NCBI GenBank assembly: GCA_964270895.1
Contig: OZ185435.1
From: Podarcis filfolensis
Taxonomy: Eukaryota
Length of the DNA stretch: 64,000 bases
Strand: one strand, 5' to 3'
Part shown: one piece after another, positions 12,524 through 23,002 of the stretch
How the letters are laid out: each line of letters opens with the position of its first letter
How positions within the stretch are numbered: the first letter of the stretch is position 1
Notes under the pieces: generated by a model
The model's database searches: none
What the model saw: only the letters and a program-made list of their open reading frames with translations
Told to the model about the DNA's origin: nothing
Made by a program: the position numbers and the translations under genes

Positions 12524-13035
12524 TGTTAGGCGCTGGGCAGAGGAGGAGGAGTGGTGGAGACCACCTCCCCATCCTGAACCTTCCAGGGAGGAGAAAGAGG
12601 AAGTCAGCATAGATTTACGAAAGTGGTTTGTGGGAGGTCACAGCTCAGAGGCAGATGAGGGGGAAAGTTGGGAAATAATGGGAGAGGAGGAGCAGGCAGA
12701 GCTGGAACAGCAGCTGACTGACACATTGTCACTAAAAAGCATTCCAGACCCACCATCTTCCAGAACCCAGCGAGCTTTAAAAATGGGAGGGCAAAGAGCT
12801 TGAAGACAGAGGGCATTTAGTGGCACCCATAGAGGACGTGATGAGGATGACAAATGAGGAAGTGGGAGAGAAGGCGGTGGTGGAGATTCACTGGGGGCAA
12901 TGCCATTATCCAAGAGGCTGGGTTCTATGGCTTCTCTCTGTAAAGTTTGAAATAAAAAAAGGAGTATAAGAAATTTTTTCTTGTCTTTAGACTTCCCTGG
13001 GTAACCAACCGGGAACCGCTGACAGCACCCTGACA
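12524..13035 (+). mobile_element. solo LTR (Gypsy/ERV-type)
   Basis: TGTTAGG...CCTGACA termini; perfect 5-bp TSD ATTAA (12519-12523, 13036-13040); purine-rich 5' half; AATAAA near 12953. Confidence 0.85.
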
Positions 13036-14855
13036 ATTAACCGTGGTCTGATGACACACGGAACAGCCACCTTGATGAAGCTAATAATCAGAACTCCGGG
13101 GCTGGTCATTCTCTGAGTAGGAGGCCACTTGGGTACCCTCATGTACCATGATGGAAGAAAGGGTGGGCCCTCAATGTACTAAATAACATGATAAATCATA
13201 AGAAACTAGCCTGAAGAGCAGCTATCAAACTGGGTAGCATCTCTTTATGAATCCTTCCTCTCGACTTGTGCATTGTGTTGATCAAGTTATCTTTTGTATT
13301 TCAAGCACTAACTCTCCTAGAAAATAACTCTCCCTCTCCCCACCCCCATTTAATTTGTCTGGCAATAAGTGTCGGAGCTATTGTGGGAAGAAGATGTGCA
13401 TTTAAATTGACAATGTGAATGATCTGCAACAGAGCTATGCTTTAATAATGCCGAGATTGAAGAACATTATTAATTAGGAAACTAATCTGGAATGTTAAGT
13501 ATAATTAAAATGAAGTGATTTGCTGCAGAGTTGTTTAGAAAACGGTGATTGATGTCTTTGCCGTGGTTCACAAAGCTAAATAACAAGAGTTTATGTTTTA
13601 TCTCGAAAAAACGAAGAGGCCAGGTGGAAAACCCATCCCACCAGCTTTGTGTTCTGATGAATATTCTATTATGTCCCCCCATACTTCCCACTTCCAAGAT
13701 TGACCTTTCTAGTGCTGTTTGTTGTGTTGCAATTGAAAATGTTCCATAATCAAATTTTGTGGTAATCATATTATTTGTGGCTGCTTGGTTAAATACATGC
13801 CTAAATGCGACTGAAATAGGTTGTGTCTGTGTGTAAAGACACCCACCCACCCACCCACCCACCCGCAGGTGGAATTGCTTTAACATTTGTTTTGCTTCCT
13901 AAGACTGTCAATAACTAGTTACATATGTTAAGATCTCCTGTCATCTTTGCATCCCAGTGTTCACTTTCCAGGGATAGCACTTCATCTATCCAACACAAAG
14001 GGCGTTGGGCGAAGGCGGCATTGCATTTGGCCCTAGAAAAAGGGTAGATATTCAGACATTAGGATGCAGATGCAAATACAAATGCCAGCTTGGGGAACAA
14101 GACAGCAGTGGGCTGCTCTGCTGCACCTGGATTCACTCTTTTCTTTCCTCATTAATTGATGGAAAAGGGTTGAAAGAAATCAGGGGGAAATTTTGGCACA
14201 GCGCTACTCTGAACGTTCAGTGTGTGGGGACTTTCAGTGGTGAAGGAAATGCACTTTACACTTGTTCAAGAGTATACTTGTTTAATATGTCCCAGGGTAA
14301 GCCTTGGCACTTGAACATAGAAGCTGAGTAGTGCAAACCCCAGTGCAAATTAAGCCTTGTATATTCTTCAGACAAGAGCTACTTCTGGAGTGCTTCTTTT
14401 GGCAGGCAATTGACTCTTGCTTAGATCCATAGTCACACACTTCAGAAATGGAAATAAAAGTGCAGAATGAGATGGTGCCTTATAACTCAACAGGACACTG
14501 CAAGTGCCATTTTTGGATCACAGGCACAGAAGGCAGGGGGGGGGGGGAAATACCAACAGGCCCAGTGGAATGATTAATAGTGTTATAAGTATTCTGCCCT
14601 TAAGTATAAACATAGTTTTATGAATGATGGTGTCTTCTCCTCTTTTAATCTTTTAATGACATTCCCAGCAGGGATATGAGATTCTGTAGCAGGACAATAT
14701 ATCAAAATATTAATTCCCTTCCATGTGGTACCCAGCATTTGTCACTATACACTTTTCTCATAAGTCATACTAAGCAAGTCCTGAGCGCTGTTTAAAATAC
14801 AGCTAGTCTGGAGGGTGGCTTTTTGTTTTTTTGTTTTTGGAGTGGGGAGTATTAT

Positions 14856-15095
14856 ATAAGAACTTAGCACCATAAGAAGAGCCCGCTGGATCAGGCCAAT
14901 GGCCCATGTAGTTCAGCATCCTGTTCACACAGTGGCTAACCACATGTCTAGGGGAAGCTTGGAAGAAGGACATGGGCACAGCAGTGCTCTCCTCGCTTGT
15001 AATTCTTAGCAGTTACCATTCAGAAGCACAAGGCTTCAGACAGTGGAGGCAGAACACAGCCATCATGACACCGATAGCCTCATCCTCCAGGAATT
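14856..15095 (-). mobile_element. older CR1 subfamily 3' UTR
   Basis: ATAAGAAGAGCCCGCTGGATCAGGCCAATGGCCCATGTAGTTCAGCATCCTGTT; same family at 41566-41696 and (opposite strand) 44400-44517. Confidence 0.7.
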
Positions 15096-16963
15096 GTAGC
15101 TTCTTCTGTCTGTCCTACCTTCCATTGTTCAGCTTCGTTGGATGCCCAGGCACTCTTGTGACAGTCTTGTAGCACTAGGGATATTAGACCAGGGGGATTT
15201 GAGTTTAGGCAAAGCCAGAAGTTAAATGTCCTGCGCCAGATCTGTAATTCTACCGAGGGGAGATTAGCCTCTAGGCGTTTGGGACACAGGATGGTACAGA
15301 AAAATTATGAAACAAAGAAATACATTCTGCCTTATCCACATCTTCCGATGACAATTTCTTTCTTTCTTTCTAAAAGCTTACAGAACTTCCTTGGCTCCCT
15401 CTTTATGTTGATACTGCTTTATCTTCATCTGTTTAAGTAATGCCAGGCTCTTGTTGTGCCCTCCAAGAGCAACTGTGATGCTTTTGAACTTGGGAGAGGC
15501 ATCTATACTCTAAGCGAAGTTTGTTATCATAGGGATTTCAGACCTGTACAAAACAGCTTTCCTTTGTTAATGCTGTTCAAGCCATTTGGTAAAGCACATC
15601 TTCAGACTGTTCACACTGTAAAGCAATAATATGCAATATATTGTCAATTATCGGCATACAAGGAGTCATCCCCTGCTTTACTGCACAGTTTGATTTCTTT
15701 CTGTTGCTTGGTAACTTTATTACATTATATTTAACTATTTTAAAAATGTATATCCTGAGTTGTACAAATTGTTTATAACACACTTCTCTATGTGTTTCAG
15801 ATTTCCCCCCCTTTTATGAAATTGGATGTAATATTCTCCCCTTTAGGTTTCATCTCTGATATTTAAATGTGTCAAATATAAATGACATGTTCTATCTTAG
15901 AGCAAATACAGATTGAGAGCTGTGAAATTTTAAGTCTCATGCATTATCACACCATTATGCTCCTTTTGGAGAAAAGGTGGGATATAAATTTAATAAATAA
16001 ATTCTGCTGAATGCCTGGGTTTAATGAGAATTTATAATCTGCAGGTTAGGCTCTGTAGAAATAAATAACACTCTGTATTTGTGTGGGGCGCGGGGGGGGG
16101 GGGAATTGACTTTTTGACCTTGGTCGACCAACGCATAATGGATGCTGGGGGCATTGCCAGTGGTTTAATATGGCCAAACATTTATCCTTCCTCCTACTTT
16201 ATGCATGATCAAGTAGCCCTTTCAAGGACATTCATCTTTCTCTCTCTCCACAACATATATAGCCAAGCTGTGGAAAGCAAAACAGCTGAACGGATGTCTG
16301 TCAAATGTGAGTGCCCTTTGTATCTCATGTTTGGAGTTATCCAATATGAATCTGTATGTAAAATTTAGCAGTTATGGTGAATTTTTGCCTCCTTCCTCTG
16401 TTTGAAGCTGCTTTTGAAATTGGCCACAAATCACCATACAATTTGAATCATCTATCTAAGCATTTGGGTTATCTTTTATCTCATTCTTTTAACCTCCACC
16501 CCACACAGCTAGATAAGAAGCTCACACTGCTGCCAATTACTTTTTCAATAGCCGTCACCCTCAGAACAAGACTAAGGGCACTTTTTATGGAACCAAGAGC
16601 TTTCGTGCATGATTATTATTTGTTACTTAGGATATTTATAGCTCTGTCCTGTCTTTGCTCCAGTTTTCCCACATGCGTGTCTGTCCTTGCAGAAGCACAT
16701 CTGAACCCTGCACGAACATTTCGGACCAGGCATGTAAACTGTCTCCCTCTATATATTCCAACTACCCAAAGCTCCTCTCACTTAAAAAAGGGGGTGGGGG
16801 AGGGTTAAAGCATACAGAGTAATCCAGAAAATGTGTGTTGGGAGGAAGGGACAGACATAGAGGGACAAACTGCCTTTCCCTGTGCCCTCCTGGGCTCATG
16901 TTAGCAATGTCAAATGGTGCTTGTTATTTTCTGATTCAGTTTTTCTTCTTCTTCTGTATACAG

Positions 16964-17019
16964 TTTCTTTCCCAATGGAATCATTGACAGGGAAAGAAAG
17001 CGCACCATATCCATGGCTG
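16964..17019 (+). other. candidate internal coding exon (unassigned), FFPNGIIDRERKRTISMA
   Basis: Strong acceptor TTTTTCTTCTTCTTCTGTATACAG and an open frame; the donor CTG|GTATTG is only moderate; protein not recognised. Confidence 0.25.
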
Positions 17020-17370
17020 GTATTGTTTCTTCCTCATGCCACCCCAGAGAGGGAGAGCTAATGGATCTTATGGCCCCTGGAATTTGACAGATCTGACAGA
17101 TCATATGACCTTTGTTTTGTGTCCCCCCCCTCCCCGTGAACCATACTATACACCTAAAATGTGTTTTATTAGTTGCAATTCTTTAACTACTTCTACTTCA
17201 CAGAAGTCAGTGAGACTACTCCAGATTTCATTTATTCATATTTTAAACATAAAAACCATTTCTCCATTTAAAACATGTTCACAGCATATGACCTTTCCAG
17301 GGACCACAGGATTGCAGCCAGAAGGCATTAATGGATACTGCATAAAGTGTTCAGTCTGTAACGACTATAC

Positions 17371-17374
<4 letters not shown>

Positions 17375-17448
<74 letters not shown>
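17375..17448. repeat. (CT)n(CA)n compound microsatellite
   Basis: Direct repeat. Confidence 0.98.
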
Positions 17449-17451
<3 letters not shown>

Positions 17452-19084
17452 TGTGTGGAATGGAAATTCCCTTCATAGAGATAGGATGAGTATTACAAAC
17501 AAGGGCTCTAGCTTAGTTTCCTCCCTGAAATATGAGTCCATACCTCTTGCCCAAAGTAGTATAGCTGAGGCTACAGTTCAGTCAGAAGTAGGTCTAAGAC
17601 AGGGCTTCAAAGAAGCAGCCCCTTACTTGCACTGTGAGGTGGTGCAATATCTATGAAAATACAGGATCATAGGCCTCCCTGCACCTTTGACCCTGTCCTT
17701 CAAGCTAATATTGCATAGCTGATTACCTGCCTTGTTAACCAAATGGTAATTTGAACTTGTATAAACAGTTCAATTGATTCAAAGCATGCTTACCCTCTCT
17801 TTCCTTGTTTTGTTTACCTCTAGTTCTCTGATTTGGTTTGTTGAGTCTGTGAAACAGACGACGATGCTAAAAGTCCAAGCCCACAATCACACATGGAGCT
17901 TTAAGTCTTTCCGTAAACTCTCTGGGGAGAAGTTGCCAGAACACTTCATTTTGTGACCTGACAAAACTGCTTTCTAATCTTCCACGCAGGTTAAAAAATA
18001 GGATGCAAGAGCTCACTTCTGCGCATCTGGCATGAAAGATCACAGTGAAATCTGGGTACAGCATGCATGCATCAATCCTCCAAACCTGGAACTATTAATC
18101 TCCAAACCAATATGAAGAATGCCAAGTCCATTAGGAATATTCAAGGAATATTACTTTGTGGATTTTAATAATATCCACATAATTACGCAATGATTAATAA
18201 TGCTTATTTTAGATTATTATTATTCATTAATAGTTAATATCAATATTCTTAATACTGTATACCCTTCTGGAAATTATGATGTGAGGTGCAAAATAGAGAA
18301 AAACAGCTGGAGGCACAGGGTGACTTTTTTTTGGTGAATTAATACCTGCTTACCTATATACATACCTATATAGAAAAAGAGGGCAGAAAAATAAAATCAG
18401 GAACTTAACTTTTAAAAAGATTTTTTAAAAATCCATCCCCAGGTGGTGGCTAAGTCCAACAGGCATCAATACATGTAGATTATTTGGGTGCATATGGCAT
18501 TGTTGCTTAGACTAAAAAATGTCCATAAGGAACTAGAGTTCCTAAAAATAATAATACTTGCATTAAATTAAGCAGAACCCCAGACTCTTTTTATTTTAAA
18601 AGAGCAAGTTACATCCTGAGATATATTATGCCCATTTGACTTAAACAGTGAGCTATCAGCAGTTTCAGTTTTGCAAGACTTGTTTTGCCTAAATGGAAAT
18701 AAATAAAAACTGTTGTAGTCACAGCCTTTCATATGTGGGCTGGACTTGGAAAGATAAAATTAAACTGTATTTTATTTCTTCTATATGACTGCCTGTAGGT
18801 GGAGGGTGGTGCTCATTTTATACCAGGATCATGACTGTCAGCTTTTCCTGCTTACAATTACTTAGGCTATTTATAATGCCGCTCCATAGGTTGGAATGAA
18901 ATAGAAAATGAAGGCGTGTTCACTCTGCAGCTCCATCTTTGCTATGATTTCGTGACACAGTAGTGGAAATTACTGCAAATCAGCACCTCCTACAGCTTGA
19001 ATTCTCCCCCAAACAAAAGTCACGGCTACCTCAAATGCCCTGCAGTTGGCTTTTCTTTTCTTTTCTTCATGCCCAGAAAGTCAA

Positions 19085-19410
19085 CTTTTTCAACACTGGG
19101 ACTGAATCAGCCTAGGTTGCTCTGATGGATGTCCTGTATTGAGAGTGGGATGGGTGACTCTGCTCCTCGACAACCTTTGGTACCATTGACTATGATATGC
19201 TCCTTGACCAACTCTGTGGGATGGGTATTGGGACCCCTCTAGGGTCATGGACAGAAAAATAGCACTGGGAGATTTTGTTTCAGCCCATGGTCCTTGCACT
19301 ATGGTCTTGACCCCAATATCGTTTAACAGCTATATGCTGCCATTAGGAGCTAGAGGGCAAAATGTCATCAATACACTGATGACTTGCAACTCTTAATTCT
19401 CCATAACACC
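19085..19410 (+). mobile_element. L2 LINE reverse-transcriptase fragment (decayed)
   Basis: Frameshifted remnants FGTIDYDMLLDQL, FNSYMLPLG and CHQYTDDLQL correspond to L2 RT motifs (FDTIDH..LL, FNIYM.PLG, HQYADDTQL). Confidence 0.7.
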
Positions 19411-19694
19411 TGAGAGGATGCGTAAGATCTGAACCATTGTCTGGACACAGTGGTAGATTGAATGAGGGCTACTAAACTTAGTTCAAACCCATGGAAAGAT
19501 GGAGTCAGTGAGGGTGGGTAGTTCCTGTGCATGGGAGATTGGCTAGCTGCCTGTATAGACAGAGGGTTCATCAACACTTCTGCTTGTGCCATGCCTAGAA
19601 AGCATGGGTTGAAGCTGTTTCCCGCTTGGCCCACACTTTCTAGGCACAGGTCTGAACAGCTTCCCCTTTGTCTCGCTCCTTTCCAAGGGAAAAC

Positions 19695-20165
19695 CTGGTG
19701 AGAGTCAGTGTGGTATAGTAGTTAAGAGTGGTAGACTTGTAATCTGGTGAACCGGGTTCGCTTCCCCGCTCCTCCACATGCAGTTGCTGGGTGACCTTGG
19801 GCTAGTCACACTTCTCTGAAGTCTCTCAGCCTCACTCACCTCACAGAGTGTTTGTTGTGGGGGAGGAAGGGAAAGGAGAATGTTAGCCATTTTGAGACTC
19901 CTTCAGGTAGTGATAAAGCAGGATATCAAATCCAAACTCCTCCTCCTCCTTTTCCTCTTCTTCTTCTTCTGTGACAGTACTAAGACCTGGGAGACCATGG
20001 CTGAAATACCCATTCAGCCATGAAGTTCACTGGGTGACATTGGGCCAGTCGCTTGGTTTCAGCCTAACCTCTACCCCGCAGGGTTGTTGTGAGGATAAAA
20101 TGGGAAGGAGGAGAACTGTGAACACCACTTTGAGCTTCTTGGATAGGGATGTAAAAATAAAATAA
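19695..20165 (+). mobile_element. older tRNA-CORE SINE split by a younger copy
   Basis: Head GGTGAGA resumes at 19971 as GTGACAGTACTAAGACCTGGG..., CORE GGGTGACATTGGGCCAGTC, GTTGTGAGGATAAAATGGG and an A-rich tail. Confidence 0.6.
19704..19970 (+). mobile_element. tRNA-CORE SINE (Squam3-like), full length
   Basis: A/B boxes, CORE GCTGGGTGACCTTGGGCTAGTCAC, (CCT/CTT)n tail; matches 7027-7260. Confidence 0.9.
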
Positions 20166-20841
20166 ATGCTAAAAATAAAACACACCTTTAAACATGACTG
20201 GAGACTACCTCACCATATTTGAGGCATATGCCCTTTCAGAACATGGATGGCAGGGCTCAAGTGTGCTAGGGCAAGTGTTTCCCCATTGTGACCCAGGCTG
20301 TGTCCTGCCATGGCTGTTTGCCCAGTAGAGCTAGCATGCAAACAGGCACTCACACGGCAAGTGTTCAGCCAAGGTTGCAGAATGTCCTGTTGCTTCAGCA
20401 GCTGAGTTACAGGAGAGATATATATGCAGGGAGCAACAGAGACAAGAGCTCTTCCAGGAAATTGAGTTTTATTTAGAAAGTATAACGAAAGAGCAAATGA
20501 ATAGTGAACTGTTGAAAGCTTTCCAGGAGAGAGGGGAAGAGAGCATTCAGTGAATGGCTCAGCTGCGCTGAGAAAAGAAAAGTTCTAAAAGATTGTGTTC
20601 TTTATGCTCTGTTCAAACACAGGCAAAGGAAACGGCGATCAAGGTCATCAAGGTAAATCTAATGGTGTAGAAAGCCAATAAGTTTCCTCAGTCACAGCAA
20701 GATTTTCCAGATACAGTGCTTGGAGTTCCAAAGGCTAATTAAGCAGACAGGTTCTAACAGCAAAACTAACAAAGGGTACTATCGGGAGATGACTCAGGGC
20801 AATTCTGGTGTTCTACCAGGTGTTCCAGACCTGTGGCAATA

Positions 20842-20884
<43 letters not shown>
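20842..20884. repeat. (AAT)n microsatellite
   Basis: Direct repeat. Confidence 0.98.
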
Positions 20885-22289
20885 GGCCTGTACAGACTCC
20901 AGAACTGGCAATATGTATCCCTATGCCCAAAAGCAGGAGAAAGGACCATTATATGTGTCGATAATCAAGGGACAGGCACACTGTGGTAGAGCAGGATTTT
21001 GCACTAGCACTGTTCTCTGAATTTGCTTTCTGCAGGAGCCACATTACTACTGCTGCAATTTGATTGCTTTAGGTGTTTATAATTGTTTAATTTACTGATG
21101 ATGTTCTACGGTTTTAATTACTGAGTGCAAGAGAGGCGGAATGTAAATGTTTTCAATATGTTGATACATTTGTTCTCATCAAATATCATGCTGGAGTACT
21201 GTCTGGGTTCTCTAGGGAAGAGTTGTAGCTCAGCGATAGAGCACCAAAAAAATCAGATGAAATGCAAACAATTCACAACTAAAAAACTAGAAATGCAGTC
21301 CTTTAAAACGGAAAGTGAAAATATCCATGAGCAAGTCACAAAAACAGTAAAAAGTAGATTGAAATAAAAACCACTAATGAAGACTCTAAAAGGAGGGTTG
21401 TACTTTATAAATATTGGGGCATATTTAGAATAACAGTGATAACTGGGTATGGATGGCTTTAATCTCCTGCTCTGCTTTGAAATTTGTGTTATACTGTGAT
21501 GCACAGTACATTTTGTTGCCTTCACATTCTGCTTTTATTGTGTGAATGATTTAGTAGTTTTGGTTTTAAGCTATTGTTAGACACCTTGAGTTTTGAGTAT
21601 TATCTCTATTGGGGAACCTTCTTTAAGATATATCAACTGGACTGTTTCTCTAAGGTGCTTATAGATGTGATACACTATCTGTTACAAGAAAATGTTGGTA
21701 TGTGGCAGCACCCTTCTATTAGGCTGATGACCACGATATCAACAAGTACATGTAAAAAAAATGAGCCACCAAAGATATAGCACCACTGAGCTTACATATC
21801 ACTTTACACCATCTGTTGCATAATAATTTTCAGTAGAATCAGTTCACATCTTCAGTTGCCAGCAAACAAGTGCAAATAAATGAAGCCATGTGCAAGCACA
21901 TGCAAATCACTCCTTAGTATGAATTACAGTGTAATACTTTCTATGTCTGCTCAAGAAATGAGTCCTGTTGAACTCAGCAAGATTACAGCCTGATGCATAC
22001 ACATGCTATGTGACCTCAAAGTGGCATGGCCCATATCCAATGGTTTGCAGCCCAAGTTTGCATTCCCACAGTGCTCTCGGATCCACAACAGGAAGAACCA
22101 TTTAAGCTGTTGGACGGCATCAATGTAAATCCATAACTAGGGTGTGGGTAGGTGTTCTAATGTTTGCATTCATGCTTTTGAGTCTTTATGACTCTGTCAT
22201 ATTTTTTGGCACTTTTCAGTAAAAGCCACATTGAGAAAGGAGAGCGATAAATCTCAGGTGGGAGATTCTTTGAAGTTCCTGAACCAAGA

Positions 22290-22397
22290 AAGAAAAATAA
22301 AAAATAAAATAAAATAAATTGTCTAGTAGCAGCTTAGAGACCAACTAAGTTTGTTCTTGGTATAAGCTTTTGTGTGCATGCACACTTCTTCATATAC

Positions 22398-22428
<31 letters not shown>

Positions 22429-22497
22429 TATATTATTATTATTTAATTTTATATACGTTTTGACTGCATCAGACCAACATGGCTATCTACCTGAATC
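22290..22497. mobile_element. Penelope-like element terminal (pLTR) fragments in inverted arrangement
   Basis: Minus strand GTATATGAAGAAGTGTGCATGCACAC...AACAAACTTAGTTGGTCTCTAAGCTGCTAC, plus a plus-strand tail GTTTTGACTGCATCAGACCAACATGGCTA; family recognised from memory of reptile PLE ends. Confidence 0.7.
22360..22397 (-). ncRNA. minimal type I hammerhead ribozyme motif, core-mutated
   Basis: GTAT (stem I), ATGAAGA (CUGANGA with C3>A), A, GTGTGCATGCACAC (stem II), AAAA (GAAA with G12>A), GCT, T, ATAC (stem I). Confidence 0.65.
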
Positions 22498-22849
22498 AAG
22501 AAAGAAAAAGATGCTCTGGATGGAATTCAGTGTCACACTTTCCCAATAGTTCCACCAGTGCAAGTATTTTAGCTTGCTAAACAGAATGATACCCCTCCTC
22601 TCTTCCTGAGTGCTGTTCTGGGGGTTCTCTTGACCCCCCCCCCGAGCCCATTTCAGAGTGCACAGGGGGAGGAGACAGGGGAAGCCCCACTGCACAAGGG
22701 AAGGGCTTCCACCGATGCGGCTAGTTAGGTGAATTCTGCCTCTTGCCTCTCAAGACTTTCTCAGTCTCAAGCAAGCAAGCAAGCAAACCTAGCAGGAACC
22801 ATAAAGCAGGCATACCTTGCACACTGGAGCGTACGTATGCTTCACCAAA

Positions 22850-23002
22850 ATATTTCATTTTCCAGCAAGCGCTTGCTTTATTCAACAGTGTAATCTTCTG
22901 AAAGGATTTGAGATGTGAACCTGGGTGAAATGCACAGCGGTAGCTCGGTCTAGAAGTTGCAAGAGCATAAATCACAGTGGCAAAGTCAGCATTAGTGAAC
23001 AA
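22850..23002 (-). mobile_element. L2 LINE ORF2 fragment (decayed)
   Basis: Peptide DFATVIYALATSRPSYRCAFHPGSHLKSFQK resembles L2 DL.TV.HALVTSRLDYCNALY.GLPLK...K. Confidence 0.6.

Noticed and set aside
13482-13886. 134-aa minus-strand ORF as a coding exon or decayed transposase
   Set aside because: No recognisable motif and no convincing splice sites; left unassigned.
17036-17656. 206-aa ORF
   Set aside because: It is kept open by the (CT)n(CA)n microsatellite (SLSLSL/HTHTHT) and has no protein-like features.
22360-22397. Catalytically active ribozyme at this locus
   Set aside because: C3 and G12 of the conserved core are substituted, so it is reported only as a relic.
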